From positions 128,001 through 192,000 of the forward strand of contig JBGPFC010000002.1 in assembly GCA_041483195.1 (NCBI GenBank): a stretch of 64,000 bases of DNA, given 5' to 3'. The notes under the pieces were generated by a model, which had not been told where the DNA came from, did no database searches, and saw only the letters and a list, made by a program, of their open reading frames with translations. The position numbers and the translations under genes were made by a program. Origin of the DNA: Candidatus Eiseniibacteriota bacterium (GTDB taxonomy: Bacteria > Eisenbacteria > RBG-16-71-46). This document shows positions 14,688-24,747 of this stretch, piece after piece. Numbering within the stretch: the stretch's first letter is position 1; every line of letters starts with the position of its first letter.

Positions 14688-16619
14688 ATGAGACCGAAGC
14701 CGCACGCGCCGGCCCACGAGCCCGGAGCCTCGGGCACGAGGGCCGCGCCGTCGCCGCCCGCGATCGTCTCGCGCAGCGGGCTCGCGGCCGCCTCGAACCC
14801 GGCTGACGTGTCGGAAGCACCCGTGGGTCTCGCCCGGGCCGGATCGGTGGGGGTCGCCGGCGACGCTCCGGCGCTCGCGTTCGGAAGCGGGGCGGATGCG
14901 CCCGGTACCCTGCCCGAGACGGAAATCGAAACGCGGGCGCGCGTGCTGGTGGTGGACGATGAGCCATCGGTCGTCGACGTGCTTCGCGAATTTCTCTCGG
15001 GTGAGGGTTACGAAGTCTCCGTGGCCTCGAGCGGGGAAGAGGCGCTCCGGCTGATTCCGGAGCTGCGGCCGGACATCATCCTGACCGACATCAATCTGCC
15101 TGGACTGTCGGGACTCGAGGTCATGCGCTTCGCGAAGAGCGTCGATCCCGAGGTCGCGGTGATCGTGGTGACCGGCTACGCGTCCGCTTCCACCGCCATC
15201 GATGCGCTCCGTCAAGGCGCGTACGACTACGTCACCAAGCCATTCGATCTCGACGACGTCCATCAAATCGTCGAGCGCGGCGTCGCGAACCGGCGCCTGA
15301 AGGCCATCAATCGCCGCCTGGTCGAGGAGCTGAGGCAGAAGAACGCGATCCTCCAGCGCCACGAACAGGAGCTGCGCGAACGCGTTCGGCTCGCGACCTG
15401 GCAGATGACCACCCTCTACGAGGTCGGCAAGGAAGTCGGCGCCAACCTCGAGCTCGCCCCGCGTCTCGCCCTCATCTGTTCCAAGGCCGCGGAATTGTCC
15501 GGCGCGCCGTCGGCGCTCGTCTACTTGAGAAATACCGAGACCGAGCGCCTTCACGTGGACGCGGCCCACGGGGTCGAGATCACGGACAGCGAGGATACCC
15601 TTCCGCACTATCTGCAGGCCGAGAGCGCGCTCGGCATCAGCGCTTCGGATCCGCGCCCGGCCCGTCGCGCGGTCGGCGACGGGGAGCCGGCGATGGAGTT
15701 GCCGTCTCTGGCCGGCCACCCGGTGCGCAACATGCTGGCGGTGCCGATGATCGCCGAGTCGCAGACCCTGGGCGTGCTGGTCCTGATGAACAAGCCGGGC
15801 GGATTCAGCGACGACGACGAGAGTTTCCTCGCCCAGTACGCCTCACAGGTCGCGATCGCCGTGCACAACTCGCAGTTGTTCGAACACACGAAGAGCCTCG
15901 ACCGCCTCAAGTCCGAATTCGTGGCGGTGGTGTCCCACGAGATCCGCACCCCCCTGACCTCGGTCAAGGGCGCCGTGGAATTGCTCGCGGACGATCGGTA
16001 CTTTCCCAACACCGAGCAGCAGACGAAGCTCCTCACCATCGCGCACGCGAATGCGGAGCGGCTGCTGGTGCTCATCAACGACATCCTGGATTTCTCGAAG
16101 CTCGAATCGGCGTCGCTGCCGATGAGCATCCAGCGCCAGCGCATCGAGCCGGTCGTCCATCAGGCGGCGCACAACCTGCGCACCATGATGGAGGAGCGCC
16201 GCATTCATCTCGAGGTGCTGCTCTCGCCCGAGATGCCCGATCTCATGCTCGACGCGAATCGAGTCGCGCAGGTCCTGACCAATCTGCTCTCGAACGCCAC
16301 CAAGTTTTCCCAGTCCGGCGGGCGCATCGAGATCACCGCGGAGCCCTGGGAGGGCGTCGTGCGGGTCGGCGTGCGCGATCACGGCGAGGGCATCGCGCCT
16401 CAGGATCTTCCGAAGCTGTTCCGCAAGTTCTCGCAGGTGGACTCTTCGGCGACGCGCAAGGCGGGTGGGACGGGACTCGGCCTGGTCATCTGCAAGGGCA
16501 TCGTCGAGCAGCACGGCGGAAAGATCTGGGTGGAGAGCACCCCGGGGCAGGGCAGCACGTTCTACTTCACGCTGCCGCTCGCCGAGCGACTCGCCGCCCC
16601 CGCGATCCCGCAGGCCTGA
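14688..16619 (+). CDS. Hybrid histidine kinase (REC - coiled coil - GAF - HisKA - HATPase)
   Basis: VLVVDDE, LTDINLPG, SHEIRTPLT, NLLSNATKF, DHGEGI, GTGLGL; GGAGG RBS. Confidence 0.93.
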   Translation: MRPKPHAPAHEPGASGTRAAPSPPAIVSRSGLAAASNPADVSEAPVGLARAGSVGVAGDAPALAFGSGADAPGTLPETEIETRARVLVVDDEPSVVDVLREFLSGEGYEVSVASSGEEALRLIPELRPDIILTDINLPGLSGLEVMRFAKSVDPEVAVIVVTGYASASTAIDALRQGAYDYVTKPFDLDDVHQIVERGVANRRLKAINRRLVEELRQKNAILQRHEQELRERVRLATWQMTTLYEVGKEVGANLELAPRLALICSKAAELSGAPSALVYLRNTETERLHVDAAHGVEITDSEDTLPHYLQAESALGISASDPRPARRAVGDGEPAMELPSLAGHPVRNMLAVPMIAESQTLGVLVLMNKPGGFSDDDESFLAQYASQVAIAVHNSQLFEHTKSLDRLKSEFVAVVSHEIRTPLTSVKGAVELLADDRYFPNTEQQTKLLTIAHANAERLLVLINDILDFSKLESASLPMSIQRQRIEPVVHQAAHNLRTMMEERRIHLEVLLSPEMPDLMLDANRVAQVLTNLLSNATKFSQSGGRIEITAEPWEGVVRVGVRDHGEGIAPQDLPKLFRKFSQVDSSATRKAGGTGLGLVICKGIVEQHGGKIWVESTPGQGSTFYFTLPLAERLAAPAIPQA

Positions 16620-16654
16620 TCCGGGCCTCGGACCGGTCGCCGGCGACAATGCGC

Positions 16655-16684
16655 TTGACCGCGACGCGGCGCGCTCGTTAAGTT
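16655..16684 (+). promoter_or_regulatory. sigma70-type promoter
   Basis: TTGACC-N18-TAAGTT upstream of ATG 16736. Confidence 0.45.
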
Positions 16685-16735
16685 GCGCGCGCCGGTCCGG
16701 ACGGGCCGGCCGGTTCAAACCCATCACGACCTCGG

Positions 16736-18517
16736 ATGAGCGCCACGGACGACGCTTCTCGTTCATTGCCTGCCGGGCCCGCCGCGCCCCGTCGCACCGC
16801 GGCGACCGCGATCGCGCTCGCCGCGATCGTCGCCGGCGCGGCGCTGGCGCTGGCATTCGGCCCTCGCGTCACCCCGATCCGGCTTCTGAGTCACGAAGCG
16901 AGCGCCGCGTGGCGCGGTCCCGCCCCGGATCCCGAATCGTGGGCGCCCGGCGCACCGCCGGGCGTGACGGTGAAGCTGGTGGAACATGGGGGCCGTAGCG
17001 ATCTCGTCGTACGCGCTCCCGATCCCGGGACCGCCGTCTCGCTCGCCCGCACGCTGGTCTCCGAGCGCGCCAGCGGCCGGGCCGAATGGTCGCGCCGGCG
17101 CTCCGCGCTGCGCGTCGCGTGGCGCGAACGGATCCCGATCGGCCCGCTGCCGGTCCCTTCCGCGCGCGGCGATTGCGCGGCCCTCCTGCGAGGCTGGGCC
17201 GAGGCCTGGCGTGGAGTCGCGGGCGACGATCCCACTCGCTTCGCGCCCGCGACCGAGCCCGCGCGCGGCGAGGCGTTGCGACTGGACGAGGCCGATGCGG
17301 CGCGCGAAGCGGTCGCGGGCGATCCGGCCGCGCTCGAGCGGGCCCTGGTGCGCTCGGCGGACCTCGATCGCGAGCAGCTGCGGGACGCGGTCCGAGGCTG
17401 GGATGCTGGCGCCTTCGACGAGATCGTGGCGAGGTGGAGAAACGCGAACCGCCGCCGAGCCGAGGATCTCGAATCCATCGCGGTCGCGATCGAAAGCGAC
17501 CTCGATGAAGCTTCGATCGAGAACGTTCGCTTCGCCGTCCCCGGCCACGCGCTCGATGCCGAGCGCAGAATTTCCGATCCGTCGACACTGCTGCAGGCCA
17601 TCGCGCAGGTTCCGGCCACGATTCGCACCCGGCCCCGGTTCGAAGCGTGGCTCGCACTCGCCGCGGTCGGAGCGCTGCTCGGATTTCTCCTCGCCTGGCC
17701 GCTGGTATGGCGGCTCTCCCGGCACCACGAACCGCCCGCGCGCCAACCCGCCGCGCCGCGCTCACCCGCGCAAACCGATACCTGGCTGCACATCCTCAGC
17801 GGCCCGTCCACCCGTCGCACGGGCCAGGCGGCGCTCGTCCTGTCGAGCGGCTTCCTCGAGCGGGGCAAGTCGGTCCTGATCATCGACGGTGCTCCTCGCT
17901 CGCCGCTCCATCGCTGCTTCGATTGCGAGAACCGGCTGGGGCTCGACGAGTGTCTGGCGGGACGGATGCCCCTGCTCGGCGTGCTCCAGAGCAGCGGCGT
18001 TCCGGGGCTCTTCTTCCTGTCGCACGGTGGGGGCGTGCGGGCCACGCACTGGACCCAGCTTGATCGACTGCTCGAGGAGGCCCGGCCACACTTTGGCCAC
18101 GTCATCCTCTCGCTCGATCCTTCCTGTCCCCGCGAGATCGGCAGCACGCTCGCGGGCCGGGTCATGGACGGCTGGTGGACGGGCGGCCCGGGGCCCCGGG
18201 GCGGCGCCGCATCGAGGGTCGAAGCGCGGATCGGGATCGCGTTGAGCGACATCGAGTTGCCGCAGCCCGAGGAGACTTCGCTGGAAGCGCTCCGAGCGCG
18301 GTTCGTGGCGACCACTCCGCTCGGGCCCTCATCCGAGATCCCCTCGGAGCCCGGCCCCGAGATCCTCGCCCCGCGGGACGGGCCTCCGGTGCACAGCGCG
18401 CCCGTGGTGCTGGACTGCGACTTGCAGGTTCGTGAGCGGCTCCGGTTCCTGGTCTGGATGCGACGCGTCCAGGCCGAAGGCCGGGGCGGGATCCTCGAGC
18501 CGCTCGTGCGCGGCTGA
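16736..18517 (+). CDS. Divergent polysaccharide co-polymerase/BY-kinase-like protein with degenerate P-loop domain
   Basis: Two TM helices flanking a helical periplasmic region, then GKSVLIIDG...LHRCF..ENRLGLDECLAG...GVPGLFFLSHG (CapB/Wzc-like); Walker A GKS/T absent (SGPSTRRTGQ). Confidence 0.6.
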   Translation: MSATDDASRSLPAGPAAPRRTAATAIALAAIVAGAALALAFGPRVTPIRLLSHEASAAWRGPAPDPESWAPGAPPGVTVKLVEHGGRSDLVVRAPDPGTAVSLARTLVSERASGRAEWSRRRSALRVAWRERIPIGPLPVPSARGDCAALLRGWAEAWRGVAGDDPTRFAPATEPARGEALRLDEADAAREAVAGDPAALERALVRSADLDREQLRDAVRGWDAGAFDEIVARWRNANRRRAEDLESIAVAIESDLDEASIENVRFAVPGHALDAERRISDPSTLLQAIAQVPATIRTRPRFEAWLALAAVGALLGFLLAWPLVWRLSRHHEPPARQPAAPRSPAQTDTWLHILSGPSTRRTGQAALVLSSGFLERGKSVLIIDGAPRSPLHRCFDCENRLGLDECLAGRMPLLGVLQSSGVPGLFFLSHGGGVRATHWTQLDRLLEEARPHFGHVILSLDPSCPREIGSTLAGRVMDGWWTGGPGPRGGAASRVEARIGIALSDIELPQPEETSLEALRARFVATTPLGPSSEIPSEPGPEILAPRDGPPVHSAPVVLDCDLQVRERLRFLVWMRRVQAEGRGGILEPLVRG

Positions 18518-18665
18518 GGCACGTCGTCCAACCATTCCGGTTCCCGGGCATGCTTCGCGCGCGGCGGACCGATCGCCGGGCCCCGTGGCTGCGCCAGATG
18601 AGCGCGCCGCGCGCGGCGATCGCTCTACCCGCGCGGCGGCGCGCCCACCTGCCGGGTGAGGCCGG

Positions 18666-19700
18666 GTGCGAGTGACGAATCCGGATGTACTCCTCATCGA
18701 GTGCCTCGACGCAGCGGGCTCGTCTCCCGACGACGCGCGCGCGCGACTCGCCGCGCTCGATGCCTGCGGGATCAGTTCACGCGCGGTGGTCGTCCATCCG
18801 GGAGACGGGTCAGCCTTCGCCCCGCCCGACGGGCGGAGCGAAGGGCGAATCGTGTCGCTGCCCGGCGGTGCCTCCGCTCCGCGTGCGCTGCGCGCGGAGT
18901 ACGCGCGCGCTCCCGCGGCCCTCACCGTGATCGCCTCCGCGGCAAGCGGCGGGGGATTCGTCGCGAGGTCAATGCCCGATGGCGCGGACCTCTGCTGGTG
19001 GCCGAGCGCGGTGGAGGCAGGGCGCGGGTCCGCGTCATCGGGCGCCTCGCGCGCGCTCCCGAGGCTGCCACTCGATCCGCTCGATGCCGCGGTCATCGAC
19101 CCGCCGCGCGGGGCGCGGGCGCGCCTTCCGCTCTGGGACGGGGACTATCTCCTCGTGCCGGTACCGCTCGCGGGCGAAGCAGGTCGCGAAACGATCGAGG
19201 CTTTCGCCGCGGTGGCCGCCCGGTGGAGCGCGATGGATCTCGTCGTCTTGTCCGACCCCCAGGACCAATACGAGCGCGTCGCGCGCCGGCTCGGGGTGGG
19301 CATGCGGGTCCATTTCGCGGGTCGCGCTCCGCGCGACGCCGAGGTCCCGTGGCTCTCGTGCGCTTCCGCGATCGTGCTCGCGAGCGATGGTCCGATTGCC
19401 GCGGGCCTCGTGCTGCGGGCGCTCGCCTGCGGCTCGCCGGTGCTGCCCGCCGGGGCCGGGGCGGCGGGGGTGGGCATCCGCCACTGGCTCGCGGCTCACG
19501 GGTGCGCATGCGCTCCGCTCGCGGCCGGAACGCGGGCACTGTCGCTCGCGATCGAGCGCGTGCTCGAACGCGGGAGGGACGTGGTCGCGGCGATCGAGCA
19601 CGGTCGAGCGGAGTCGGAGCGACGACGTCCCGCGCCATTCGCGACCCGCCTGAGCCCGCTGCTCGCCGACCGCCGCCTGCGCTCACGGCGCGCCGCGTGA
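18666..19700 (+). CDS. Divergent glycosyltransferase family 4-like protein
   Basis: LGVGMRVHFAG...ASAIVLAS....GLVLRALACGSPVL GT-B C-domain pattern; canonical E-X7-E not retained. Confidence 0.65.
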   Translation: MRVTNPDVLLIECLDAAGSSPDDARARLAALDACGISSRAVVVHPGDGSAFAPPDGRSEGRIVSLPGGASAPRALRAEYARAPAALTVIASAASGGGFVARSMPDGADLCWWPSAVEAGRGSASSGASRALPRLPLDPLDAAVIDPPRGARARLPLWDGDYLLVPVPLAGEAGRETIEAFAAVAARWSAMDLVVLSDPQDQYERVARRLGVGMRVHFAGRAPRDAEVPWLSCASAIVLASDGPIAAGLVLRALACGSPVLPAGAGAAGVGIRHWLAAHGCACAPLAAGTRALSLAIERVLERGRDVVAAIEHGRAESERRRPAPFATRLSPLLADRRLRSRRAA

Positions 19701-19830
19701 GCTCGCGCGCCGCCGGTCGCAGGTCGCGCGAGCGGGGCGCGCGTGCCGCCTCTTGCGTGGCCCGCTTGCGGAGGCTACCGTGCCGCGGCCCGACGCGGCT
19801 CGCGAGACCCGAACGGGCAGGGAGGCCACC

Positions 19831-20757
19831 GTGCGGGTGCTGGTGACAGGCGGTGCGGGTTTCATCGGTTCGAACGTCGCCGACCGTTTCGTGGCGCTCG
19901 GCCACGACGTCGCGGTGCTCGACAACCTCTCGACCGGGAAGCGCGAATTCGTCCCCAGGGCCGCGCGATTCTTCGAGGCCGACCTCACCGACGCGGAGGC
20001 GGTGGAGAGCTGCGTCGCGGCGTTTCGTCCCGAGATCGTCGACCATCACGCGGCGCAGATCGACGTGCGGCACTCGGTCGTGGACCCGATCCACGACGCC
20101 CGTGTCAACATCCTCGGCGCGCTCGCGCTGCTCATGGCGTGCACCCGCCACGGCGTGCGGAAGTTCGTCTACGCATCGACCGGTGGCGCGCTGTACGGCG
20201 AAGGCCGGACGCTGCCCGCGACCGAGGACCATCCGGTGAATCCGGAGGCGCCCTACGGGGCGAGCAAGCACGCGCTCGAGCACTATCTGTACCTGTGGAG
20301 GTCGCTGCACGGTCTGGACTACACGGTGCTGAGGTATCCGAACGTGTTCGGGCCGCGCCAGAATCCGCACGGCGAGGCGGGAGTCAACGCCATCTTCATC
20401 GGCCTGATGCTCGCGGGGAAACGCCCGCGCATTTTCGGGTCGGGCGAACAGCTGCGCGACTACCTGTACGTCGCGGACGTCGTCGAGGCGAACGTGCTCG
20501 CGCTCTCGCGTGGCGGCGGCGAGATGCTGAACCTCGGCACCGGGGTCGGCACCTCGGTCAACGAGATCTTCCGCGAGCTCAAGTCCATCCTCGGCTTCGA
20601 GGGCGACCCGATCTACGAAGCGCCTCGCCCGGGCGAGGTGCAGCGCATCTACCTCGACGCCTCGCGAGCGCGCGAGGTGCTGGGATGGGCGCCGGTCGTC
20701 GGCTTTCGCGACGGCTTGATCCGGACCGTCGAGTGGTCGAGGTCGGTCGCCACCTGA
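19831..20757 (+). CDS. NAD-dependent epimerase/dehydratase (UDP-glucose 4-epimerase-like)
   Basis: VTGGAGFIGS, STGGALYG, PYGASK (YxxxK), NVFGPRQ, RDYLYV. Confidence 0.92.
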   Translation: MRVLVTGGAGFIGSNVADRFVALGHDVAVLDNLSTGKREFVPRAARFFEADLTDAEAVESCVAAFRPEIVDHHAAQIDVRHSVVDPIHDARVNILGALALLMACTRHGVRKFVYASTGGALYGEGRTLPATEDHPVNPEAPYGASKHALEHYLYLWRSLHGLDYTVLRYPNVFGPRQNPHGEAGVNAIFIGLMLAGKRPRIFGSGEQLRDYLYVADVVEANVLALSRGGGEMLNLGTGVGTSVNEIFRELKSILGFEGDPIYEAPRPGEVQRIYLDASRAREVLGWAPVVGFRDGLIRTVEWSRSVAT

Positions 20758-20779
20758 GCGGGGCCGCGTTGCCGCGCGT

Positions 20780-22807
20780 TCACCAGATCCGGGCGCGCAG
20801 GCTGTCGGGTCGCACCATCGTGTCCCCCGGCCGGCAGTGAAACGCGCCGGCGAACTCCTCGAGGTTCGAGAGCGGGCCGTTCACGCGCCAGTGATCGGGG
20901 GAATGCGAGTTGGTGAGGGCGAGCGTGCGCAGCATCTCGGGGCGCATGAGTCCCCGCCACACCTGGGCCCATCCCAGGAAGAAACGCTGCTCGGCGGTCC
21001 AGCCGTCGATCAGGGGCGGACGGGGCTTGCCCGCGAGCGACTTCTGAAATGCCGAGTAGGCGACAGCGACCCCTCCCAGATCGGCGATGTTCTCGCCCAG
21101 GGTGAGCCGGCCGTTGACGTGCAGCGTGTCCACCGCGACGTACCCGTCGAACTGGGCCGCGACCTTCGAGGCCCGCTCCTTGTAGCGTCCGGCGTCATCC
21201 GCCGTCCACCAGTCGCGCAGGTTGCCATCGCCATCGAACTGCCGGCCGCGATCGTCGAAGCCGTGCGTCATCTCGTGTCCGATCACCGCTCCGATCGCCC
21301 CGTAGTTCACAGCGTCGTCGGCCTCCGGGTCGTAGAACGGGGGTTGCAGGATCCCGGCCGGAAAGTTGATGGTGTTGAGCGACGAGCTGTAGTACGCGTT
21401 GACGGTCGGCGGCGTCATGGCCCATTCGCCCCGATCCACGGGCTTGCCGATCTTCGCGATCTGGCGGCGCGTCTCGAACGCGTGGGCGTTCGAGTGATTC
21501 TCGAGAACGCTCGCGCGGCCCACCGCGAGCGTCGAGTAGTCCCGCCAGCGGTCCGGATACCCGATCTTCTCGCCGAACGCCGCGAGCTTGGCGACCGCCC
21601 GCGGGCGCGTCGCATCGCTCATCCAGTCGAGTCCATCGATGCGTTCGTGCAGCGCCGCCTCGAGGTTCTTCACCATTGCGAGCGCGCGCGCCTTGGCCGC
21701 CGGGGAGAAGCGCTCGGCCACGTACTCGCGACCCAGCGCCTCGCCGAGATCCTGGTCGGTGAGCTGCACGCAGCGCTTCCAGCGCGGCGCCAGCTCCTTC
21801 GCGCCCGAGAGGCGCCGCGAGAAGCTGAAGTCCTCGGCGACGAACGCCGACGAGAGCAGCGGCGCAGCATCGTCCACGACCTTCCAGCGCAGGTAGGCTT
21901 GCCAGTCCGCGAGCGGCACCGCGGCGATCAGGCTGTCGAGCGCGTGAAAGAAGAGGGGCTGCAGCACGTTCACAGAGTCGATGGCGCCCGCCCCGCGACG
22001 GCTCAGGTAGTCCCGCCATTCGAAGCGTGGCGCGATCCCCGCGAGCGAGTCGAGCGGCATCTTGTGATAGGTCGCGTTGGGATCGCGGCGCTGGACGTTG
22101 GTCATCGAGGCCCTCGCCAGCGCGGTCTCGAGCGCCATGACGCGCGCGGCCTCCGCGCGGGCCGCGACCTCAGGCCGCCCGATCAGCACGAACGTGCGCG
22201 CGATGTGCTCGGCGTAGTCGGCGCGAGTCGCCTTCGATGCGGAGTCTTCCTTCGTGTAGTAGTCGCGGTCCGGAAGCCCGAGCCCGCCCTGCGACGCGTT
22301 CGCGATCACCAGCGTGCTGTGCTTCGGATCCTGCGCCGCCGCGAAGGCGAACGTCGACCGCACGCCGTGGGCGTGGAGCCACGCCGTCTCGCGCCCGATG
22401 TCCGCGGGGGACGTCATGCCGTCCACGGCGAGCAGCAGGGGCTCGAGCGGCTTCACTCCCGCGCGCTCGGCCGCCGCCGAATCCATGCACGTGCCATAGA
22501 ACGCCGCGAGCTTCCCGGGCTCGGTGGCGGGCTGGGGCCCTGGCGCGCGCGCGAGGCGCTCGAGGATCGAGTGCAGCACCTTCTGATTGCGGTCGAAAAG
22601 CTCTTCGAACGCTCCGTAGGCCGAGCGGTCGGAGGGGATGGTGTGGGAGTCCATCCAGCCGCCATTCGCGAACCGATCGAAGTCGCGGCAGGGTGCGCAG
22701 GTCGTGTCGAAATTCGCCGGATCGATCGCCCGGGCCGCGTTCGCGGAAGGGGCGGGTGCGGCGAGAGCGATCAGGATCAACGGCGCGAACGGGGAGACGG
22801 AGCGCAT
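20780..22807 (-). CDS. M13 family (neprilysin/PepO-like) zinc metallopeptidase, exported
   Basis: Signal peptide; VNAYY, HEMTHGFD, GENIAD, HSP motifs. Confidence 0.95.
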   Translation of the reverse strand: MRSVSPFAPLILIALAAPAPSANAARAIDPANFDTTCAPCRDFDRFANGGWMDSHTIPSDRSAYGAFEELFDRNQKVLHSILERLARAPGPQPATEPGKLAAFYGTCMDSAAAERAGVKPLEPLLLAVDGMTSPADIGRETAWLHAHGVRSTFAFAAAQDPKHSTLVIANASQGGLGLPDRDYYTKEDSASKATRADYAEHIARTFVLIGRPEVAARAEAARVMALETALARASMTNVQRRDPNATYHKMPLDSLAGIAPRFEWRDYLSRRGAGAIDSVNVLQPLFFHALDSLIAAVPLADWQAYLRWKVVDDAAPLLSSAFVAEDFSFSRRLSGAKELAPRWKRCVQLTDQDLGEALGREYVAERFSPAAKARALAMVKNLEAALHERIDGLDWMSDATRPRAVAKLAAFGEKIGYPDRWRDYSTLAVGRASVLENHSNAHAFETRRQIAKIGKPVDRGEWAMTPPTVNAYYSSSLNTINFPAGILQPPFYDPEADDAVNYGAIGAVIGHEMTHGFDDRGRQFDGDGNLRDWWTADDAGRYKERASKVAAQFDGYVAVDTLHVNGRLTLGENIADLGGVAVAYSAFQKSLAGKPRPPLIDGWTAEQRFFLGWAQVWRGLMRPEMLRTLALTNSHSPDHWRVNGPLSNLEEFAGAFHCRPGDTMVRPDSLRARIW

Positions 22808-22937
22808 GGGAGGGATGTCCTTTGATGAGAAGGGTGGTCGTGGTTCCGCTGCGTTTGGCGCGGTGAGGCTCCGCCCGCACCCGGCGGAATGCAACCGCGC
22901 CGGCACCGGCGCGGGAATCCGGACGACGCGCGTGCCG

Positions 22938-24527
22938 CTATCGCATGAGCCGGACCTCCAGCGATCCGTTCGGCCCGTGATCGTGCACGGCCCGCACGTG
23001 AGCAGCGTTCTCGATCCAGCGGTAGCCTCCGCTCAGCGTGAGGTCCACGCCGCTCGCAGGCCAGCAGCGCAGACCGAGAGCGCCATCGCGGGTGCGCTCG
23101 ACCACGCCTTCGAACGAGAGCGACGGCACGCGCGGCGCGCCGGGGACGAACGGCTCCTCGAGGTTGTTCTCGCCCCGGTCGGTCTGGATCGCGTGGGCAG
23201 CGATCTGCCATGCCGGGCTCAGATCCCACGCGCCGCGCACGCGCACGCGTCGCGCGTCGGGCCCGGTCAGGAATCCGAGCGGCTGGCCCTGCGCCTCGTA
23301 CGCACGGCCGAAGTATGACGTGTAGACGAACCGGGAGACCCGCGTGTACTCGGTGCCCCAGCTCACGCGGGTACCGCCCACCAGGCCCGCGCCTTCCCAG
23401 CCGAGCTGCCAGGCGAGCTTGTTCGGGATCCTGCCGGTGCGCGCGTGCAGGTCGTCGATCAGGCACTCGCCGTAGACCCTCGTGCCGGGCCGCATCCGCC
23501 AGGCCGCGTCGCACGCGACCAACACGTTGTTGCGAAGCGCGGCGGTCGAGTCCCGCTCGTCCTGCACCTCGAGACGCTGCACCAGCACGTACGGGATGAC
23601 GCCCGCCAGATAGAGCGGCTGCCATCCCGGCGCGTGGTAGCGCGCCAGCTCGGTGACGCCGAGTCGCAGCGCGGAACACGCCTGCCATTCCAGCCGGTGC
23701 GCCGCGAGCTGCTCACCCGCCGCAGCCCCGAGCGTCGCGGAGAGGGCGGTCCAATCGAGCCGCAGCGCGTCGAGCCTGGCGTGCGTCGCGAGGCCGGTGA
23801 TCGCGGGCGAGGTGCGGGAGAGCGTGAGCGAGCTCTCCTCGCCTGGCCCCCAGTGCCAGCGGCCGCGTCCGAGCTGCGCGCCCCAGCGCTCGGAGGGTGA
23901 GGCGTATGCGATGTAGCTCTCCTCGGTGTGGACGATGAGATCCGAGCCCGGCACGATCGGGTCGGCGAAGGTGCGGGCGCCGTCCACCCGGCCGGCGACG
24001 AGGTGCGCGAAGGCGAGCCAGCGATCGAAGCTCGCGCCGATCCGCGCGTGCATGCCGGAGCCCGTGCCGAAACGCGACGCGTGCTCGTCGATCTCCCCGC
24101 GGCCCTCGATGCCGGCCGAAACTTCGAGCCGCGCGCCATCTCCTCCATCGCGCGCGATCAGTCGCGGCGTGGATCGCAGCCCGGCGGCCGGCGCGAAGCG
24201 CGGCATCGCGTCACGAGCGAGCGCGCGCTCGAGGCGGACGAGCGAGATGCGCTGAATGAGCGGCGGGTCGGGCGCCCCGGCCCCCGCGCCCTCGATCTCG
24301 AATCGGGTCAGCGGCCGGGAATGAAGATGGGGGAGGCGGACGCGATCGCCGAGCGGAGCGGGATCGAGCAGATCCAGGACCCGCAGCTCGGTTTCGAGCG
24401 GGTCTCCCACCGGGATGAATTCGAGCGGGGTGCACGAGGCCGGTCGCCCCGGCAGCGTAAGGCCCGCGGCGACGCAGAGCAGTATGGCCACCGGGCGGCG
24501 CGTCCGGCCGCAGAGACGGTCTCGCAT
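22938..24527 (-). CDS. Capsule assembly Wzi-family outer-membrane beta-barrel
   Basis: Signal peptide; QLGR....WGPG..SSLTLS, AAHRLE, RVYGECLIDD, EYTRV..FVYT, PLGF..GPD. Confidence 0.75.
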   Translation of the reverse strand: MRDRLCGRTRRPVAILLCVAAGLTLPGRPASCTPLEFIPVGDPLETELRVLDLLDPAPLGDRVRLPHLHSRPLTRFEIEGAGAGAPDPPLIQRISLVRLERALARDAMPRFAPAAGLRSTPRLIARDGGDGARLEVSAGIEGRGEIDEHASRFGTGSGMHARIGASFDRWLAFAHLVAGRVDGARTFADPIVPGSDLIVHTEESYIAYASPSERWGAQLGRGRWHWGPGEESSLTLSRTSPAITGLATHARLDALRLDWTALSATLGAAAGEQLAAHRLEWQACSALRLGVTELARYHAPGWQPLYLAGVIPYVLVQRLEVQDERDSTAALRNNVLVACDAAWRMRPGTRVYGECLIDDLHARTGRIPNKLAWQLGWEGAGLVGGTRVSWGTEYTRVSRFVYTSYFGRAYEAQGQPLGFLTGPDARRVRVRGAWDLSPAWQIAAHAIQTDRGENNLEEPFVPGAPRVPSLSFEGVVERTRDGALGLRCWPASGVDLTLSGGYRWIENAAHVRAVHDHGPNGSLEVRLMR

Positions 24528-24747
24528 CGCGGGGCATGCTAGCAGTCCGGCCGGAGCGCGGCCACTTCGCGAGCGGCCCAGGTGGATCCGAGGCGAAGCC
24601 GTCCACTCTCACGCCGCTCGCGCTTCGATGCGGGCGCGTGGGACGCGCGTTTGAGCGAGTCTCGCGCCCTGTGCTACGGTCCGCCGCTCGATTCCATCTG
24701 GGCCCGCATCGCCCCGCGGGCCGCCGCCCCTCGTCCGAGGAGGTCGT

